This document shows, piece by piece, positions 58,550-64,000 of a stretch of DNA of 64,000 bases. Source of the DNA: Bdellovibrionales bacterium (GTDB lineage: Bacteria > Bdellovibrionota > Bdellovibrionia > Bdellovibrionales > JAGQZY01); contig CAXRHT010000003.1 of assembly GCA_964230645.1 (NCBI GenBank), forward strand, positions 224,001 to 288,000, written 5' to 3'. The notes below the pieces were generated by a model. The model worked only from the letters and a program-made list of their open reading frames with translations, was not told the origin of the DNA and ran no database searches. The position numbers were made by a program, and so were the translations under genes. Positions within the stretch are counted from its first letter, which is position 1. The number at the start of each line of letters is the position of its first letter.

Positions 58550-59227
58550 TTAATCTTGAATCAACCATGCGTGGGGAGAAAGGCCCTTCATAGGTCTAGC
58601 TACTGGACCGATAATGACAAATTTATTTTGTCGTTTGGCTTCTTCAACAAGGGAGGCAAACTCTAAACTGAGCTTTACATTGTCTAAATGAATAAAAAAG
58701 ACGTCCGCTGAAATTTTCATCACCGATTGCAAGCCCAGAGAGTTCAAAGCAAACATTCTGGTTTGAAAAACTTCCCCATTGCAAAAAGTCCACTCTGGTT
58801 CGATTTCCCTGATGTCTTTTAAGAGCCCGTCATTACGGGAGCAAAAGATAATGCGGTCGCCGAGTTTTTCCTCTTTTACCAACTGCCTAAGCTCTGGAAG
58901 GGCCTTTGGAGATTTCCACTGGACAAATAAGAGTATGGGTTTTGAAAGGGCCAGATTCTTGAGGTCACTTAAAGGCTTGTCACCTGCTATTTGCCAGCCT
59001 TTTTGATCATGCTTTGCTTTCACAAGCGAGAGGTTCTCCGAGTTTTTATCTATAAGTAGGGCTCGATCTTGAGTTTCTCCTAAAAGTTCCTGAACTAAGG
59101 GGGTCTGATAGGAGGAAACCTCTCGACTTTCGCCGTGGGATTTGAGCCCATACCAGATGCCAAATAGCCCAATTAGTATAAAAAATATGAAAGCAAAAAA
59201 ACCTAGGACACTTCTCATTTCGACCAA
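58550..59227 (-). CDS. Membrane-anchored hypothetical protein, possibly a degenerate GDPD-like fold
   Basis: N-terminal TM; LGDRIIFCS...LLKDIR...LVEEAKRQN pattern resembles a GDPD C-half; no HRG motif. Confidence 0.45.
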   Translation of the reverse strand: MVEMRSVLGFFAFIFFILIGLFGIWYGLKSHGESREVSSYQTPLVQELLGETQDRALLIDKNSENLSLVKAKHDQKGWQIAGDKPLSDLKNLALSKPILLFVQWKSPKALPELRQLVKEEKLGDRIIFCSRNDGLLKDIREIEPEWTFCNGEVFQTRMFALNSLGLQSVMKISADVFFIHLDNVKLSLEFASLVEEAKRQNKFVIIGPVARPMKGLSPHAWLIQD

Positions 59228-59306
59228 CTATCTATTATTACTGGACTAAATGTCAACACAAAGAGATTTCCTCTATAACCAAATAAGTCAAAAAAATCCC
59301 TATTTA

Positions 59307-59335
59307 TTGACGTTCATTTGGCATTCATTTAGGTT
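59307..59335 (+). promoter_or_regulatory. Sigma70-like promoter of the rrf2-suf operon
   Basis: TTGACG-N17-TAGGTT; imperfect palindrome AAATA...TATTT at 59281-59305 could be an Rrf2 site. Confidence 0.55.
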
Positions 59336-59359
59336 ACGGGCCAATACTAGGAGAAAGTT

Positions 59360-59815
59360 ATGAACAAGATTCATAGAAAAGTGGAGTACGCCCTTATTTC
59401 TCTACGACACATGAAGAAAAAAGAGCCTGGACAGTTAACGACAGTTAAAGAAATCTGCCGGTCTTATGGTTGCTCATTTGATGCGACCTCAAGGGTTTTA
59501 CAAAAAATGGTGCAAAAAGGCCTATTGAAGTCCGAGCAGGGGGCCCAGGGGGGCTACCTTATTCAAAAGGATCTTCGCAAAGTGAGCCTCCTTGATTTGA
59601 TTGAATATGTGGTCGGACCCATTAGCATTGTGAAATGCCTCGATTCTGGCAAAGGCGACTGTGATATGGAAAACAGTTGCAATGTTATTGCGCCGCTGGC
59701 TTACCTCAATGATCAACTGATTCAGTTTTATCGCAGCATCAACGTCGATGCCATGCTCAGTGTACCCGATCGTAAATGTGTCTCAATGGATAGTTATTTC
59801 AGTGGTGGAGCCTAA
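59360..59815 (+). CDS. Rrf2/IscR-family regulator
   Basis: EYAL, S.QGAQGGY and three C-terminal Cys (KC...DC...SC). Confidence 0.9.
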   Translation: MNKIHRKVEYALISLRHMKKKEPGQLTTVKEICRSYGCSFDATSRVLQKMVQKGLLKSEQGAQGGYLIQKDLRKVSLLDLIEYVVGPISIVKCLDSGKGDCDMENSCNVIAPLAYLNDQLIQFYRSINVDAMLSVPDRKCVSMDSYFSGGA

Positions 59816-61266
59816 TGTCTAAATCAACAGAAGCTGTAACAAATAAAGAATACAAGTACGGATTTTATACCGACATTGAGACCATTCATTTTGGGAAAGG
59901 ACTCAGTGAGGAAATCATCCGCAAAATTTCTGAAAGAAAAAAAGAACCGGAATGGCTCTTAGAGTATCGCCTAAAAGCCTATCGCCATTGGCTCACTCTT
60001 GAGGAGCCCGAGTGGGCTGACCTGAAATATGAGCCTATAGACTTTCAAGGAATTGCTTATTACTCAGAGCCAAAATCCAAAGAAGAAGTGCAAGAGGACA
60101 AACCTAAGAGTTTAGATGATCTTGATCCGGAACTCTTGAAAACTTTTGAGCGCCTGGGAATTCCTCTAAGTGAGCAAAAAAGAATCAGTGGAGTGGCAGT
60201 GGATGCTGTTTTTGATAGCGTCTCAGTGGGCACGACCCACACCGAAGAGTTGAAAAAATATGGAGTGGTCTTTTGCTCCATCTCTGAAGCTGTTCATACT
60301 CACCCAGAGCTTGTGAAAAAATACTTGGGATCCGTCGTTCCTTATAAAGATAATTTTTTTGCAGCTCTTAATGCTGCCGTTTTCTCTGATGGCTCTTTCG
60401 TTTATGTTCCCAAAGGGGTGAAGTGTCCTATTGATCTTTCCACCTATTTTCGAATCAACGCGATGGATACCGGACAGTTTGAAAGAACTCTTGTTGTGGC
60501 TGACGAAGATAGTTTCGTAAACTATTTGGAAGGTTGCACCGCTCCTCAAAGAGATGAGAACCAACTTCATGCAGCGATTGTAGAATTGGTGGCCTTAGAT
60601 GATGCAGAAATAAAGTATTCAACCGTTCAAAACTGGTACACGGGCGACAAAGAAGGAAAAGGTGGAATCTATAATTTTGTAACCAAGAGAGGTCTTTGCA
60701 AAGGAAAGCGTTCAAAGATTTCTTGGACGCAAGTGGAGTCCGGTTCCGCCATTACTTGGAAGTACCCTAGTTGTGTGCTGCAAGGGGACTATTCCCAAGG
60801 CGCTTTTTATTCCGTGGCTCTGACTCACGATTATATGCAGGCGGATACTGGAACCAAGATGATTCACATTGGTAAAAACACCAAGAGTACCATCATCTCA
60901 AAGGGAATCTCCTCAGGGTCCTCTAAAAATAATTATCGTGGTTTAGTTAAAGTGATGCCTAAAGCTAGTGGAGCGAGAAATTATTCTCAATGTGATTCCA
61001 TGCTCGTGGGTGATCATTGTTCAGCCAACACCTATCCTTATATAGAAGTAAAAAACAATACGGCCACCCTTGAGCATGAGGCGACAACCAGCCGTATCAG
61101 TGAAGATCAACTTTTTTATTTGCAGTCTCGAGGGATGTCGATGGAAGAGGCCATCTCGGTATTAGTAAATGGATTTTGTAAAGAGGTCTTCAAAGAGCTT
61201 CCCTTGGAATTTTCAGTGGAAGCCGTCAAATTGATAGAAATGAAATTAGAAAACAGTGTGGGATAA
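59815..61266 (+). CDS. sufB: Fe-S assembly protein SufB
   Basis: [35 protein letters not shown]. Confidence 0.98.
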   Translation: MSKSTEAVTNKEYKYGFYTDIETIHFGKGLSEEIIRKISERKKEPEWLLEYRLKAYRHWLTLEEPEWADLKYEPIDFQGIAYYSEPKSKEEVQEDKPKSLDDLDPELLKTFERLGIPLSEQKRISGVAVDAVFDSVSVGTTHTEELKKYGVVFCSISEAVHTHPELVKKYLGSVVPYKDNFFAALNAAVFSDGSFVYVPKGVKCPIDLSTYFRINAMDTGQFERTLVVADEDSFVNYLEGCTAPQRDENQLHAAIVELVALDDAEIKYSTVQNWYTGDKEGKGGIYNFVTKRGLCKGKRSKISWTQVESGSAITWKYPSCVLQGDYSQGAFYSVALTHDYMQADTGTKMIHIGKNTKSTIISKGISSGSSKNNYRGLVKVMPKASGARNYSQCDSMLVGDHCSANTYPYIEVKNNTATLEHEATTSRISEDQLFYLQSRGMSMEEAISVLVNGFCKEVFKELPLEFSVEAVKLIEMKLENSVG

Positions 61267-61269
61267 AAT

Positions 61270-62022
61270 ATGTTGTTAAAAGTAAAAGGTTTGAAAGCTC
61301 AAGTCGAAGAAAAAGATGTACTCAAGGGGTTGGATTTAACAATCAATCCAGGAGAAGTGCATGCCATCATGGGGCCTAATGGATCTGGGAAATCGACCCT
61401 TTCGAAGGTCATCGCAGGCCATCCAAGCTATGAAGTGACTGCTGGAAGCGTGGATTACGAAGTAAACTTTAAAGAAAAAAATCTTCTTGAGATGGAGCCT
61501 GATGAGCGCGCCAAAGAAGGTGTTTTTCTAGCCTTCCAATATCCCGTGGAAGTGCCAGGAGTGAGTAACTTCGAATTTCTAATGTCCTCCTACAACGCGA
61601 TTGCAAAACATCAGGGATTTCCGGCTAAGACCACAGAGGAGTTTGAAAGCTTTGTAAAAGACAAAATGGCCATGGTTAAAATGAAAGACGAATTTCTGCA
61701 TCGCTCAGTCAATACTGGCTTTTCCGGAGGGGAAAAGAAACGAAATGAGATTTTGCAGATGGCAGTTCTCAACCCTCGCTTGGCCTTCTTGGACGAAACG
61801 GACTCTGGACTTGATATTGATGCGTTAAAAATCGTTGCAGACGGTGTGAATAAATTGAAATCCCAGGAAAACGCGATCGTTTTAGTGACCCATTACCAAC
61901 GACTTCTCGATTATATAAAACCTGATTTTGTTCATGTTTTGTCAGACGGAAAAATCATAAAAAGTGGTGGGCCCGAGTTGGCTCACAAATTAGAAGCTGA
62001 AGGCTACGACTGGATTCAATAA
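61270..62022 (+). CDS. sufC: Fe-S assembly ATPase SufC
   Basis: [32 protein letters not shown]. Confidence 0.98.
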   Translation: MLLKVKGLKAQVEEKDVLKGLDLTINPGEVHAIMGPNGSGKSTLSKVIAGHPSYEVTAGSVDYEVNFKEKNLLEMEPDERAKEGVFLAFQYPVEVPGVSNFEFLMSSYNAIAKHQGFPAKTTEEFESFVKDKMAMVKMKDEFLHRSVNTGFSGGEKKRNEILQMAVLNPRLAFLDETDSGLDIDALKIVADGVNKLKSQENAIVLVTHYQRLLDYIKPDFVHVLSDGKIIKSGGPELAHKLEAEGYDWIQ

Positions 62023-62031
62023 AAAAGGTGA

Positions 62032-63309
62032 GTGCTTGTGCAAAATATTTATAAAGTTTGGAATCAATACAGTAAAAGCCAATCCCCTTTTTTTAAAGGC
62101 GAGGCCGCTCACCGTTGGCAGAAATGGGCTGAAAAGCAGGCGGCAAGCTGGGGTGATAAGAACTATCCGACCGGAGAAGATTGGAAATATATAAAATTCG
62201 ACACTCTTCCTAATATGAATTTGGGCACTCCAGAAAATAAAGCAAAGAACAAAGTGACCCACTCGGAAGAATCTCTAAAAATTGAAATAAGAAACTTCAC
62301 AGAAGTTGCTGAGCCCTTAAGTTTCAAAGATATTCCTGGCCTTATACTCGAATCGGGGCTAGAGGCACTGGAAGACGAATCTTTTAGCCTTCTTCAAGAC
62401 AACTTTCCCTCAAACCCGTTTCATACCGTGGCCCAAAGTTTTATGGGATTGGGCTGCTCGTTAAAATTTACCAAAGATTATAAGAGTGAAAAACCCATTC
62501 ACATTGTGATCCAACTGGATCAGCTTCAACAAAAAGATCTCTTTATTCCTTATAATCTTCGCATTCAATCGGAGACGGATACGAATCCACACGTTCATGT
62601 TGAAATACTTGGGGCTGAATTTACCGGAGTATCGAATCTTAACTGTGAAGCCAATGTCAGGGAAAACTCGAATCTATTTATGGCTTTGATAGAGAGGGGT
62701 GGGAGTGAGAGTCGCTTTTTCTCAAACCTCACTGGAAAAGTGGCTAAGAATGCCTCTTTAAATGTCTTTGATTTCACGACCCCTTCTTATTGGAGCCGCC
62801 ACAATTCAGCGGTTGATTTGGATGCTGAGGGCGCCTTTGTTAATTTAAGTGGCATCTACTTAAACCATAAAGAGTATTTTACCGATCACCACACTCTTAT
62901 TCGTCACAAAAAGCCCTACACAAATTCTAAAGAAGACTACCGTGGTATTCTCAACGATAAAGCCCGAGCCGTTTTCAACGGACAGATTAAAATCGATCCG
63001 TTTGCGATAAAAAGTGATTCCGATCAAATCAATAAAAACCTAATGCTATCATCGAAAGCTGAGGTCGACACAAAACCTGAGTTGCAAATCTATAACGATG
63101 ATGTAAAAGCCGCTCATGGGGCAACGATCGGGCAGCTCGATGACGATCAAAAGTTCTATTTACAGAGCCGAGGTTATAGCGAGGTGGAAGCCAACCGTAT
63201 TTTAGCGCGCGCTTTTGTCTACGATCTTCTTGAAGACCAGAGTGATTGGGTTCAAAAATTTATCAGTCAAGATCTCGATGAGTATCTAAAAAGGGTTCAA
63301 GGGGAGTAA
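62032..63309 (+). CDS. sufD: Fe-S assembly protein SufD
   Basis: EDWKY, RAVFNG, TKPELQIYNDDVKAAHGATIG. Confidence 0.93.
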   Translation: MLVQNIYKVWNQYSKSQSPFFKGEAAHRWQKWAEKQAASWGDKNYPTGEDWKYIKFDTLPNMNLGTPENKAKNKVTHSEESLKIEIRNFTEVAEPLSFKDIPGLILESGLEALEDESFSLLQDNFPSNPFHTVAQSFMGLGCSLKFTKDYKSEKPIHIVIQLDQLQQKDLFIPYNLRIQSETDTNPHVHVEILGAEFTGVSNLNCEANVRENSNLFMALIERGGSESRFFSNLTGKVAKNASLNVFDFTTPSYWSRHNSAVDLDAEGAFVNLSGIYLNHKEYFTDHHTLIRHKKPYTNSKEDYRGILNDKARAVFNGQIKIDPFAIKSDSDQINKNLMLSSKAEVDTKPELQIYNDDVKAAHGATIGQLDDDQKFYLQSRGYSEVEANRILARAFVYDLLEDQSDWVQKFISQDLDEYLKRVQGE

Positions 63310-63311
63310 CC

Positions 63312-64000
63312 GTGGCCTTTGATGTTACAAACCTCAGAAAAAAATTTCCCCAGCTCGAAAAAACTTTTGGGCCAAGGCCCCTTGTCTATTTAGACAATGC
63401 CGCTTCTTCACTCAAGCATAGTGACGTGACCGATAGACTCAACACCTACAACCGGTTTGAAACCTCGAATGTGCACCGCGGGGCCCATTTAACCAGCCGC
63501 CAAGGAACGGAAAGTTACGAGGGAGCGCGCCAAAAAATTCAGAGTTTTATAAATGCGGAGAAATCAGAAGAGATCGTTTTCACCAGAGGCACCACTGAGG
63601 GTATTAACCTTGTGGCCTCTTGTTTAGAGGATACATTGCAAGAGGGTGATGAAATTCTGCTAACCCCGTTTGAACATCACTCCAACATTGTCCCCTGGCA
63701 ACAACTGGCTCAGAAAACCAAAGCTGTCATCAAGGTGGCTGAGTTTGATCGAAAACAGGGGATGACTCTTGATGCTTTTGAAAAAGCACTCACAGATAAA
63801 ACCAAAATAGCAGCCTTCACATACTACTCCAATAGTTTTGGAAATCGTTTGCCTGTGGAAAAGATGGTGGAAAAGGCTCGTTCCAAAGGGGCGATGACTC
63901 TAGTGGATGCAGCCCAAGCGGTTATTACTGAACGTATGAATGTGAAGAGTTTAAACTGTGACTTTCTTGTGTTCTCTGGCCATAAAATGTACGCCCCCTA
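63312..64000 (+). CDS. sufS: Cysteine desulfurase SufS (partial, runs off the window)
   Basis: GTG at 63312 after GGGGAG; reads MAFDV...LVYLDNAASS...NVHRG...EHHSN...FSGHKMY. Confidence 0.95.
   Translation, partial: MAFDVTNLRKKFPQLEKTFGPRPLVYLDNAASSLKHSDVTDRLNTYNRFETSNVHRGAHLTSRQGTESYEGARQKIQSFINAEKSEEIVFTRGTTEGINLVASCLEDTLQEGDEILLTPFEHHSNIVPWQQLAQKTKAVIKVAEFDRKQGMTLDAFEKALTDKTKIAAFTYYSNSFGNRLPVEKMVEKARSKGAMTLVDAAQAVITERMNVKSLNCDFLVFSGHKMYAP

Overview
Bacterial chromosomal window, very probably from a member of the Bdellovibrionota. This is inferred from groESL sitting next to a Tad/type IVb pilus locus with a TadZ-TadA fusion and a YD-repeat gene, the QNC-type lipoproteins and a secreted trypsin. 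Most of it is core genome: groES-groEL, tad/flp cluster, nadE, mdh-sucCD-ndk-RNA methyltransferase-pilW-rodZ, an Mce/Mla ABC system, uppP, CBS/CGL transsulfuration, tRNA-Phe, dusB, mtgA, glnE, tolQRAB and rrf2-sufBCDS. No integrase, transposase or cas gene was seen. The most interesting observations are: (1) a five-gene exported heme-c / Tat-DUF1501 / QNC-lipoprotein cassette where the hit gene (bd0108) is expected from B. bacteriovorus; (2) a REP-like palindrome family present three times, with arms tandemly amplified at 20, 21 and 30 bp periods; (3) a 196-bp element with 59-bp inverted arms; (4) a 108-aa, 67% Lys/Arg protamine/H1-like protein facing an orphan tadB/tadC-like pair and a Ser/Thr kinase; (5) an Mce system with one catalytically degenerate ATPase. 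All product names come from motif recognition by eye; no database search was run. B. bacteriovorus locus comparisons are from memory.
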